A DNA stretch of 64,000 bases from contig MU054831.1 of the NCBI GenBank assembly GCA_013239625.1, positions 373,457-437,456 on the forward strand, given 5' to 3'. The notes under the pieces are model-generated. The model had not been told where the DNA came from, searched no databases, and worked only from the letters and a program-made list of their open reading frames with translations. The position numbers and the translations under genes are program-made. Source of the stretch: Lama guanicoe (lineage: Eukaryota). Of this stretch, positions 22,721 to 32,670 are shown piece by piece (the stretch's first letter is position 1; every line of letters begins with the position of its first letter).

Positions 22721-25610
22721 AATCACTAAATTGGCAGGGATGCCCATTACGACAATGAAAAATTCTAAACGTGTACAAAAGCAGAACAAAACCCCCACGC
22801 ACCACCTATCATCCAGGTTCAACAATAACCAACTCAGCACCAACACTGCTTCAAAAATACCCTCAGCCACTGCCGCCAGTCCCTGATGATGAATACCAGA
22901 AAACATTTCTAAAGATAAGGACTAAAAGTGATAAACCATTATCGTAAGGAACACTGACAACAGTCCTCTAATATATCAAAACATTCAGTGTTCATATTTC
23001 TCTCTTTCGTTGTTCTCATTCATTCGAATCAGGCTCCAAATAAGATCCTGACATTGCAGTGAGTCTCAGGACAGAAACAAAGAGCAGCTCCTGTCTTACC
23101 AGATATGCATCTGATTTCAACCCACCCAGCAGGGCACAGGACTAGCACCGAGGTCTCTCTGGTGCGACCGCTCCTCACGGAGCCCTGGGCCGACTGTGCT
23201 CCATCCAACATCACCTGAGCACCCTGACAGTCCTGTACCTTGCGCCCCTACCCTGTTCAGTTGGGACTGGGGGTGTCCATAGGGGAGAAGGGCACATTCA
23301 CTCCTCCCTGTAACTTTCATCCCACTTGAGATCTAACGTGATGCACACATATGGGAAAATGGAGAATCCTATTATTGTAACAGGATATAAATTCTTAAAA
23401 GACACTCACTTCAACTTTGGTTTAACTTTACCAAGTTTCTCTTGCCACATCCTATTTCTTTCATACTTAGGTTTTTTCCCCCAAAATATAATTAGGATCC
23501 ACTATGGTTTTCCAACAGTTTAAGTTATTAACTGATTAATAAGTTATTAACAAATTAAAGAGTGAAAGTTGAAAAAGGAACGTTGCACTTCAGAAAGGCC
23601 TTGTTTTCAGTGAGAAAGCCATGATCCAGCAACATAACATGCCAAGCACTGTGATTAATTTAAATCTTGGATACAGATTGGATTCCCAAACCTCAGAAAT
23701 TTGGGCAAATGAAAAATACACACTTTCAGGTTGTCTTCATTCTAGGTATTAGAAACTGTTTAAAAGTGTTTTCTCCTTCTCTCACGGCCTCCTCCTTCCA
23801 CAGAGCAATACTACCCTCAACCCACACAGAAGAAATCAACTTCTCCAAAACAAAAGATGAAGATAGATAAAACTGGATCCTTAGTAATATAAACTTACTT
23901 CACTAATGGCATGTAAGTATGTTAGTGGTCCTCATAACCCCCATTCATTTACATGTTATTCTTGTATTTACACACACAAAACAACTCTGCAGTGTAGGAC
24001 CCAGAGGGGCACTTGGAGGGCCCTTGGAGCACCCGGCACTCAGAGTACCTGGATGTGAGGAACAGGTACAGCACACCACAGACGCCCTCAACGTTACTGG
24101 CGGCAGCATCTGAGATCCAGTGAGTTTTCTGCAGTGACAATGTCACCATCAGCACAAAGAGTGATACATAAGGATATATAATTGGCTTCACCCCAATCCT
24201 GCTGCCTAATGAGTTTTGGTGACCCCTTCTCTCTGGGGAAAAAACAAAAAGAACTCTTCCTTTTCCCACAGTTTGTCTTTAGAGGTGGGCATATAAAGGG
24301 ACCTGAATCACATTTAAGAAGATGACAGAGGGAGGTTCCCACCCACCCCGTCGCCATTTCTCTGGGCCGCCCTGCTAGTTCAAGAGCAGTCAGGGCACAA
24401 ATCTGACCCGACTGAAAAGCCCTTGCCTCTACCCTGAGCTGCAGCCCTCAGAGACCAGGATGGAAAACGGAAGAAAACCTTATAGCCAAGGAGTCACTGC
24501 CGTGGTTCACTGTGAGTGAGGACACTGGCTGGGAGCTACCAGAAACAAAAACCACGAACATCAACTACAAACCCCAGAAGAGCAGCCTGCATGACCCCTG
24601 GGCCATCACACACCTCTCTCTACCGCAGCAAGGCTGCTCTGCAGGATTAAATTGACCCTGATTTCCGTCCTTTAAGAAATACTTGAACACCTACTGCGTG
24701 TTGGTAGCCAGCCAGGCAATAAGAGTAAGCAATTCACAAGTGCCCCACCCCAGCACTAATCAGGTCTAGAGGACAACTACCACACAGAACAACAGAGGCT
24801 CACATCAGGCTGACAGCTAATTCGGGGGGAAGAAATCTAACCCGGGCAGAGTCCTGAACAAAAGAGCCAGTACTCGGCAAGCGAAAGGTGGAGAGAAAAC
24901 TGGGTTCCACACAGAAGGCAGGCTTTGGACCAAAGCCAAAGGTGAGAGACCACAGCGGTCTTAACTGAAAATTCAGCGTGGTTGGGTCATGTGTCCACGT
25001 GCGGAGGAAAGGCAGACAAATGGGGGGGTGGTACTGACAAAAATTGAGGCCGGAAAAGTAGAGGTCTTGGGGGTTCCGGGAGCCTCTTGAGAGCAATGGT
25101 AGCCACACGTCGGCCCCATCACGGGCCGCGGTGGGAGTGGGGCCCCTCCCCAGCTCCGTTCTCCGGATTCGGCCCTGCACAGGCCGGGGCCTCCTCTGCT
25201 GTCCCGTTTTATCTGCCGTCAGGGAGGGCTGCAGAGGAACCAAGCAGCAAGCACTTCCCGAGGGTAATAACTCTCGGCCGGGAGCTGGCGGGGCGGAATG
25301 GCCCACGTCAGGGCGACAAGGGATGGTCGCACCCGAAAACGCGCCATTTATACAGCCTTATATAGACCTACACTTTCCTCCTCGACCACGATCACCACCG
25401 CGTTCGGCGCCCCAGGCCCATTACTGACACCGCTCCACGCAGCCCCAACGGGCGAGCAAGGAGTCACTCGGGCTCTCCCAGGACACGCCCCGCCGCCTCC
25501 GCCCGAGCTCGCGGGCGCGGGGCGGGGGAGGGGAGGCGGAAGGGAAGCCTGCGGACCCCGGCCCGGAGGGCCGAGGTGGGCGGAGGGGAGCAGGGGAGAG
25601 CTCCGGAGGG

Positions 25611-25624
25611 NNNNNNNNNNNNNN
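25611..25624. other. Assembly gap (N run)
   Basis: N bases inside a G-rich tract. Confidence 1.
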
Positions 25625-25804
25625 GGCGGGGGAGGGGAGGGCCAGGGATCCCGGACCGACCGCCCCTCCCCCACACCGTGAGAGCGGCCTGGCCCGCGTG
25701 CCCCCCGGAGCGGACGGACCGCCGCCTCAAGCGGGCCCTCGCCCCTCTGCGTCGGCCCACAGCTCGCGCCCCCGAGGTGGCGGGGACCACGGCGAGACAC
25801 TCAC

Positions 25805-25920
25805 CGCCGAACAGCCGAAGAACCAGCGCCGACCGACCCACCGACTGACCGCGCCGCGGACCCGCCCAGCGCCCGCCGTCCACTCGCGCCCCGCCCCGCT
25901 CCGCTCCGCGCGCAGGCGGA
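25805..25920 (-). other. SEPTIN2: SEPTIN2 non-coding exon 1 (5' end approximate)
   Basis: Strong donor GGCG|gtgagt at 25805/25804 inside the CpG island, oriented toward the SEPT2 coding exons. TSS inferred only. Confidence 0.7.
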
Positions 25921-26119
25921 TGGCGTCATCACGTCGCCCCGCCCCCTTGCCAACGCTTTCCTTGCCCCAACGTGATCTGGCCTCCCTCCCCCATGCACCG
26001 GCTTCCGAGTGCGCTGGCGCAGGCTCGTCCGCGGTTTCCGCCTCTGCGCAGGCGCCATGCCCCGCCCACGGCGGTCGGCCATATAGAGGCTGGGGGGTGG
26101 GGGAGGTCAAGCGTAGCCT

Positions 26120-26212
26120 CGTCTCCTTTACCAAGATGGCGGCTCGCCCCTGTTTCGCCACAGTTCCTACCTTATGAGCTTGGTTCCCTTACGCTGGTTA
26201 AGAGTGGAACAG
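26120..26212 (+). other. HDLBP: HDLBP distal non-coding exon 1 (5' end approximate)
   Basis: CTCCTTTACCAAGATGGCGGCT..CCCTGTTTCGCCACAGTTCCTACCTTATGAGC...AAGAGTGGAACAG|gtaatg matches the human HDLBP mRNA leader as recalled. Pyrimidine-rich initiator about 35 nt downstream of CATATAGA. Confidence 0.85.
26136..26177 (+). CDS. 13-aa upstream ORF in the HDLBP leader (MAARPCFATVPTL*)
   Basis: ATG in strong Kozak context (AAGATGG) and TGA at 26175-26177. A short regulatory uORF peptide in the human vigilin leader has been reported (recalled). Confidence 0.7.
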   Translation: MAARPCFATVPTL

Positions 26213-27924
26213 GTAATGAGTCTTTGCCTTGTGGGTAACTAGAATGAGGGGAAGAGCATTTCTTTAGATGGAGCTGTATGACCGGTGAGGAGAAGAGACG
26301 CGGATCGGGGGGAGGGCAGGTGACGCTGAGAGTTCGGAGCGACCGTGGGGAGGGGACCCTTCTCTTCTGGTCCGCTCCTCCAGGAAGATGGCGGCAGCAC
26401 CGAGCCGGGAGCGCCGGAGCAGGGCCGGCGAGGGACCGGCGAGCCGCCCGGTTGGGCCGCTCTAGCCGTGGGTCGCCGTCGTCTCGGTGGTCAGGGCCTC
26501 GCCTGGATTGGCTGCGGCGGGTCCCGTGGTCGGCGGGCCAGTGCGCGACCATAGAGTTGGGCGCCTGTCCCCGGGGACGTGGCCTTCGTGCGCCCGGGGC
26601 TGGGGCCTGCGCCCGCGGGGGAGGGCGGGTGCCGCGGCCCCTCGCTTCCGCTAGGTGAGACCTGGGGCGCCCCAGCCCCTGCGGCGGCGCGGCTCGGGGC
26701 GGGAGCGCGACATGCCCGACCCGGCCGGGGTGTCCTTCCTGCCCGGCGCGGCCTGCAGGCTGGCGGATGTCCGGTACTCGCTGCGAGGCCGGCGCGGGTG
26801 CCCTCGTGCAGGAAGCCTTCCTAGGTCACCCCGACTGAAGCAGACACGTTCCCTGGGTCTCTGGTGGGCGACAGCGCAGGGGGGACCGGAGACTGTCCCC
26901 GAGCGCAGGGGACACGAGGGCGTTGTAGAAAGTGGCGAAGTCGTCCGGCCTGGCCGCCATGTGCCCCCGACCCCGAAGTGCTGTGTGGGCAGTGCTCCTG
27001 GTCAGGTGAAGATCTGCAGGGAGGAAGAGGGACGAGGGGAAGTCTTCAGGAGCAGGAGGGCTTACCCTTCCGTCTTGGGTTTGGGTATCCTCGGCTTCAT
27101 AGCTGCCTTAAGCCCTCGGGCGCTGAGCTCGCGTGTGCTCGGTGTCCGCCTCAGGGCCGGCAGTCACGTCTTGGCAGGTAACTTTCTTAAGGCCCTGTTC
27201 AGATAGGGGACGTCACAATTAGGGTTTCGTCTGATGTACCACAAAATAGGCTTAGTGTTCGTTTATGGAAGCAAACCTGGGACAATGAAGTCCCGGATGA
27301 AACCTCGCGCTTAGGTTTATATTTTGATCATCTTAAACACTCTAAACACCCCCAAGCAGAGCTCATTAAGCACGTTTAATATTAGGGTGCTTGGAAGCAG
27401 TGTTTTGAAGTAGTTGAGCCGGTGTTTGGTTCGGAATGGCTTCCATCATTTTAGCTTCCCGTTCTCGATCTGAGGCACCAACCATCAACCTGCCGTGAGA
27501 GCCTTAGGCTTGGCGAAGGCCGCTCTTGCCCCCTCAAGTCTTGAGAGACAAAACTTGAAAGCGATTGAAATCAGTGGAGGTTAAACATTCTTGTACCTGC
27601 CATGGGTCCTGTTAGGTGCCAGGCACCCTGTGGGACCTACGTCCTCTTCTCTGACGTGGTTGATGTCACCTGAGTAAATGTGCATTGACTGTAAGGACCG
27701 CAGCCTCAGATGCAGTTGGTCCACATTCCTGGGCCCCTTGAGGCCCAACTGGACCGTCACCGTGCCCTCTCCAGGAGGTCCAGCTGACTTCTCAGCATCC
27801 TGGAGGGAGAACTTGAATCATCAAGTGTTTTTTCCTTTGGTTTTGTTGTTTGGGGCCTCTGGTGGTCTGACTTTGGCCTCATGATTTGACTTCTTCAACA
27901 GTAAAAAAAAAAAATTGTTTTGAA

Positions 27925-28250
27925 AAATTTATTGGAAATTGCTATATGGCAAACACTGTTAAGGGGTCTGGGGTTGCAAAGGTGAAGAGAACATAGACTT
28001 TTTTTCCTCCAACAGTTTATGGCCTAGTGTGGGAGATTCACTTGTACAGGAAGAGATTACAGTGTTCTAAGTGCACTAATGGAAAGATGTACAAGGTGTG
28101 AAGATAGGAAAAGGGGAAGTGATTACCTGGTGGAAAGTCTTCAGAGAATGTGGTTCTTGGACTGGGGTTTAGAAAATGAGTAAGAGTTTTTCCAGGTGGA
28201 GTAGGTAGGATGGGGTGTTCTAGACAGGAAGACCAGCTTATGCACGGGGG
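27925..28250 (-). mobile_element. L2 LINE 3' fragment
   Basis: ATTTATTG..TGCTATATGGCAAACACTGTT ... GGTTTAGAAAATGAGTAAGAGTTTTTCCAGGTGGAG ... TGTTCTAGACAGGAAGACCAGCTTATGCA is typical antisense L2. Confidence 0.6.
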
Positions 28251-28543
28251 GCGGGGGATACACAGGACAACTAGAGCTGGTGGACTATATGGGTGAGTGG
28301 TGGAGAATGTGGTTCACTGCTGACCGTCTCAAACAGTGGAGGGCTTGGCTAAGATCCTGTTGTGAAGGACTGCATCCCCTCAATCAGTCCTGTCTAAGAC
28401 ACTCTGACTTGGACCGGGTTTCAAATGATTACACTGTCCACCAAGATAACTGAGATCTTTAGTCACAAGTGGGTCAGGTAGGTTCGCCATTAGTGCTTCC
28501 CAGCTGAAACTTGTTTACCTAGAGGGTTTGAACAGAGAACACC

Positions 28544-29118
28544 TTTTTTTTTTTAACCTTTTTTATTGATTTATAAACATTTTACAATGTTGTGTCAAAT
28601 TCCAGTGTTCCGCACAATTTTTCAGTCATTCATGGACATATACACTCTCATTGTCACATTTTTTCTCTGTGATTTATCATAACATTTTGTGTATATTTCC
28701 CTGTGCTATACAGTGTAATCTTGATTATCTATTCTACAATTTTGAAATCCCAGTCTATCCCTTCCCACCCTCTCCCCCCCTGGTAACCACAAGTCTGTAT
28801 TCTCTGTCAGTGAGTCTTTAGATTCCACATATGAGCGATCTCATATGGTATTTTTCTTTCTCTTTCTGGCTTACTTCACTTAGAATGNNNNNNNNNNNNN
28901 NNNNNNNNNNNNNNNNNNNNNNNNNNNNNNNNNNNNNNNNNNNNNNNNNNNNNNNNNNNNNNNNNNNNNNNNNNNNNNNNNNNNNNNNNNNNNNNNNNNN
29001 NNNNNNNNNNNNNNNNNNNNNNNNNNNNNNNNNNNNNNNNNNNNNNNNNNNNNNNNNNNNNNNNNNNNNNNNNNNNTTCCTTCTGGGTACAAGCCCAGGA
29101 GCGGGATTCCTGGGTCAT
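28544..29118 (-). mobile_element. Relatively young 5'-truncated L1 (3'UTR/ORF2 end, camelid/artiodactyl type) with target-site duplication; spans an N gap
   Basis: Poly(T) then TTTATTGATTTATAAACATTTTACAATGTTGTGTCAAATTCCAGTGT ... TTAGATTCCACATATGAGCGATCTCATATGGTATTTTTCTTTCTCTTTCTGGCTTACTTCACTTAGAATG. Flanks AGAGAACACCTTT (28534-28546) and AGAGGACACCTTT (29119-29131). Confidence 0.85.
28888..29076. other. Assembly gap (N run) inside L1
   Basis: N bases. Confidence 1.
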
Positions 29119-31934
29119 AGAGGACACCTTTTAAGGTACTGAGTGGGGCTTATGTTTGGTGTGGCCCATTCAGCATACATCCATCTCACAGGCTAGTGGT
29201 CATAGAAAGTTATTTCCCTCTTCTATTAAGAAACAACCAAGCTCCTGGAAGAAACATAGCGCACAGCGGGACATTCAGTTGCTGAGTTATGGTGGCAGAA
29301 AGTCCAAGATGAATGCTGTAAAACTTCTGACCAAGTATAGAAAGAGCCAGAGAACCTCAATGTGTCGGGAAAGAAAAGAACAAAACTTTTTTTTAATGTG
29401 TATTTTTAAATTGATTACACAAACTATTTTGGGCTAGAGTAAGATTTTCTACCTTCTCTTTTTCTCCTTTTTGTATTTCCAGAATCAGATTTCAGAAGTG
29501 ATGCCCCTGGTCAGCTGCTGTTGGGCCAGGCGTAGTAAAGTTCCTCGAGGACAGCTAGGACACGCCAGACTCGTCTGGGCATCGTGTTGCATTCGTCATC
29601 TTGACGCTGCTCTTAATTTGTTAACAATGCACTGGCTGTGCTCTCCCGTGATATTTTTTATTGGCATTCATGTGAATTTTTAAATTAAAAATTAATTTTA
29701 CTTCAAATCAAGTTTATATTTTCGTATAGTTTTTAAAAGGTCAAACAAATCTGGAAATGCTTGTAAGGAAGAAAAACTAGTTTCCTTCCTACAGTCATGT
29801 TTCCTCTCCTGCAGAACACCCACACTTGCCTCCTGGCTGATGCCTTTGGTCTTTGCTCCCAGTTCTGGCGTCTGAGCCTGACTTGCTCACTTATTGCTCT
29901 TCCTTCCCATTTCACACATTGTCTCTTGACTCCGAGTGGAGATGTGAAGTTTCTCGCTTTCTTTCGCCCCTCTGCCTTCTCTGTGCAGACAGATCCATGG
30001 CTGCCCAAAGCAGGTGCACGTTTGATTTGCTCTTTCAGTCTGTAGTGTCTCTTATGACTGTGTGGTGCCATTCCCAGCTAGGCCGAGTGGTGTGATGGGG
30101 TTACTTTTCCTTTCCTGGGTAAGTCTGTTTTCCCTCAAGTTCTCATGAGTCTTTGTTTTTCTGTTGTTTTCTGTGTGTTTGTCACTAAATTCAACCCCCA
30201 ATTCACCAGTTGTCTAAAATTGCTTTCAGGAAATTAAACTATTTGATCTGATCAAGTTCAGTATTTTACTAATTTCATCCTGACCACACCTCTCCCAGGT
30301 CTCCGTTCTGCTGGAATCTCGCTGCAAATCTCACTGCCCTCTGTTTCCTGGAACCCTTCTCTTTTTCTTGATTTTTTTGCCCTCTCATTCTGATGGCGCA
30401 CTTCCTCACGGAGTTGCCTGGGGAAAGATTCATGGGAGGTAAAATTTTGAGGACCTGGATGTCTGAAGAGCTTCCTTTGGCCCTGAGTGGGAGTTCGGAC
30501 ACCATTTTTGCTTCTGTTTTCTGTCTTGTGCTGTTACCCTGGAAGCATTAAGCTGTTTTGGTTCCTGAGCCTTTGTATGTGACTGTTTCTTCTTTGACGC
30601 TTAAAGGGTTTTCTCTGTGAAATTCAAAATACCCAGCACAGTGACGTCCCCTGGAGTCTGGTTTCATCTAATGCCTTGCCTGTCCTTTGGGCTCTTTGAC
30701 TTAGGAGCGTCTATTCTTCAAAGCTGGGCATTTTCCTTGATTTATTGCTTGGCTTCTTCCCATTCACTTTCCTTCTCTTTCTAGAATTCAGCTATTGGCC
30801 TTCACTTAGAGTCGTACTTCCTTCTGTTTGTTGCACTTTTTGTAGCCCAGCTGTGGATCTTGCTTTGTCTTAAATGTGTGCTGAAGCGCCCTGGTGGAGC
30901 AGTGGACAGAGACTGTGAGCAGGCCAGTCCTCACTTAAGAAACTCAAGTGGCCAGAGAGCAAGGCGGGGTTTGTTTCACTGATGATCAAAGAGCTGCCTG
31001 CCCTGCAGATTGGGAAAAATAAACGTGACTGTTCCGGTTATTGAGGGTGAGAGGGGCAGGTATACTCGGATGTTGGGGAGTGTACATAGTTTAGCTCTTT
31101 TGGGGGTAATCTGTGCCTTGGCAGAAGGACAACCATGATGCATTTTTGAACGGAAATAAGTGTGACAGGTGTGAACCAGTGCATGTGATGGGATCCTATC
31201 TTGTTTAAACCATGTGTTGATATAAACAAGAAGAAAAATTAGATAAGCAGTGGTTTGGGGGATATTTCTTGAGGAAGAATTATGAGGGATTGCCAGTTTT
31301 TACTTTTTTGTTGTGGTGGTTGTATTTTATAATATTTTTATGCTAAAAATCACATTCCTTGGTAGACCATCACTGCAGCAAGCTTGGGTTAGTATTAACA
31401 TTCATACTATCCACCGATAAAACCGGCATTGATGTAGTCTCAGCCCCTGCCGTCCCATCCAGGCGCTGCCTTGGGTGCAGGACCCCCGGGAGGCTTGGTG
31501 GTGCCCCAGGCCCCAGGACGGGGACAGCAGGCCTCATCTGGAGCAGGGAGAGGCAGGCAGTGGCTGATGTGGAAGCCAGTGGTTACTTAGCAAGTGCCAC
31601 TGAGCAACAGGGATGGGTTGTTTTCAAATAAGAGTTTTCTGAAAGTGCTCTTGGGTTCGCTTTTGTTTGTGTGAATTGGTGCTCTGAATGTTCCTGGACG
31701 TGGACCTTGTTGGACATGCAGCAGTGCTTTGTCTTAGATACAGACTGCTGGGCACTGGTCCTTTCTAGCAGAGGGGACGAAGGGTTGAGATGTTCGTGCA
31801 GGTGGGAAAGGTAGTCCTCCAGTGGACTGGGAGTCAGGAGACCCGTTCTTAATCGGCCTTGTGATTTTGGGCGTTTCTTGACCTGTAGGACTTTAGCTCC
31901 TTTGAAAGATAAGAAAGGAATCTGAGATGGTTTG

Positions 31935-32020
31935 CTTTCTTTTCTTCTTTTCTTCTTTCTCTCTTTCTCTTTCCTTCCTCCCTCCTCCCCTCCTTCCTTC
32001 CTTTCTTTCTTTCTTTCCCC
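31935..32020. repeat. Pyrimidine-rich simple repeat (TTTC/CTTC/CCT)n
   Basis: About 85 nt of nearly pure C/T. Confidence 0.85.
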
Positions 32021-32169
32021 TTGGTCAACTCAGTTTATCAGAAACTTAGTTTTCCAGTTTGGAAGGATGTGACATGTTTTAAGCCCGCACGAGTGATATG
32101 AAAAGCTTTGCTACTAAAGCTTTTTCTCGTTGTTTCCTACACGCCAGGCATCATGACCTTTATTTCCAG

Positions 32170-32348
32170 CAGTGGTTCCGCCAGGCCATCCAGCCTCCCG
32201 AGAACATCTGGTGATGCCTAGAGACGATTTTGGTTGCCGTGACTCGGGGGTGCTCCTGGCATGTAGTGAGTAGAGGCCAGAGGTTCTCAGCATCCTGCAG
32301 TGACCCCACGATCCCCAAAGTCAGCAGCACTGCGTTGGAGAAGCCCTG
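32170..32348 (+). mobile_element. MER20 hAT-Charlie DNA transposon
   Basis: CAGTGGTTC...GAGACGATTTTGGTTGCCGTGACTCGGGGGTGCTCCTGGCATGTAGTGAGTAGAGGCCAG...GTTGGAGAAGCCCTG follows the MER20 consensus. Confidence 0.75.
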
Positions 32349-32534
32349 CTTTACAGGGTCCCTCCTTGAAAGGGCTCTAGGGTGTAGCGGTCATGGGCCC
32401 CATTTCTCAGTTGAGAGTGGAGCCTGGCGGGTGAGGCCACTTGCAGGTGTGGCTGAGTTAAGGCTGTGTTGCCTGCACTGCTGGAGCCCTCATGTCACAG
32501 CTACTGAGGAGGAAGGTGGTAACAGAAAATCCTC

Positions 32535-32670
32535 CCGAGCTTACTCTCCCAGGCCTGGGTTAATACTCTGCACATAAGCTCACATAATCCTCACAGTGAC
32601 ACCAAAAGGTAGACATTAACATCAGCTCCTTTTTACGGGGCGGGAGGCAGAGCCCAGAGAAGTGAGGATC
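32535..32670 (-). mobile_element. MIR SINE
   Basis: CTCACATAATCCTCACAGTGAC...GGTAGACATT..CCTTTTTACGGG..GAGGCAGAGCCCAGAGAAGTGA resembles the MIR core. Confidence 0.6.

Larger units (their letters stand above)
25280..27200. promoter_or_regulatory. CpG island / bidirectional SEPTIN2-HDLBP promoter
   Basis: Very high GC and CpG density. GC boxes (CCCCGCCCC near 25889 and 25937); NRF1-like TGCGCAGGCGC (~26045-26055); YY1 consensus CAAGATGGCGGC (26132-26143) and GAAGATGGCGGC (~26383-26394); CRE-like TGACG/CGTCA; TATA-like CATATAGA (26080-26087). Divergent first exons lie only about 200-300 bp apart. Confidence 0.9.

Noticed and set aside
24330-24360. - strand AAATGGCGACGGG|gtgggt, a possible extra SEPT2 exon with an in-frame ATG
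   Set aside because: Modest donor and no convincing acceptor or TSS; too weak to call.
32101-32124. Short inverted repeat AAAAGCTTT-GCTACT-AAAGCTTTT
   Set aside because: A 9-bp AT-rich stem with no supporting context; compatible with chance.
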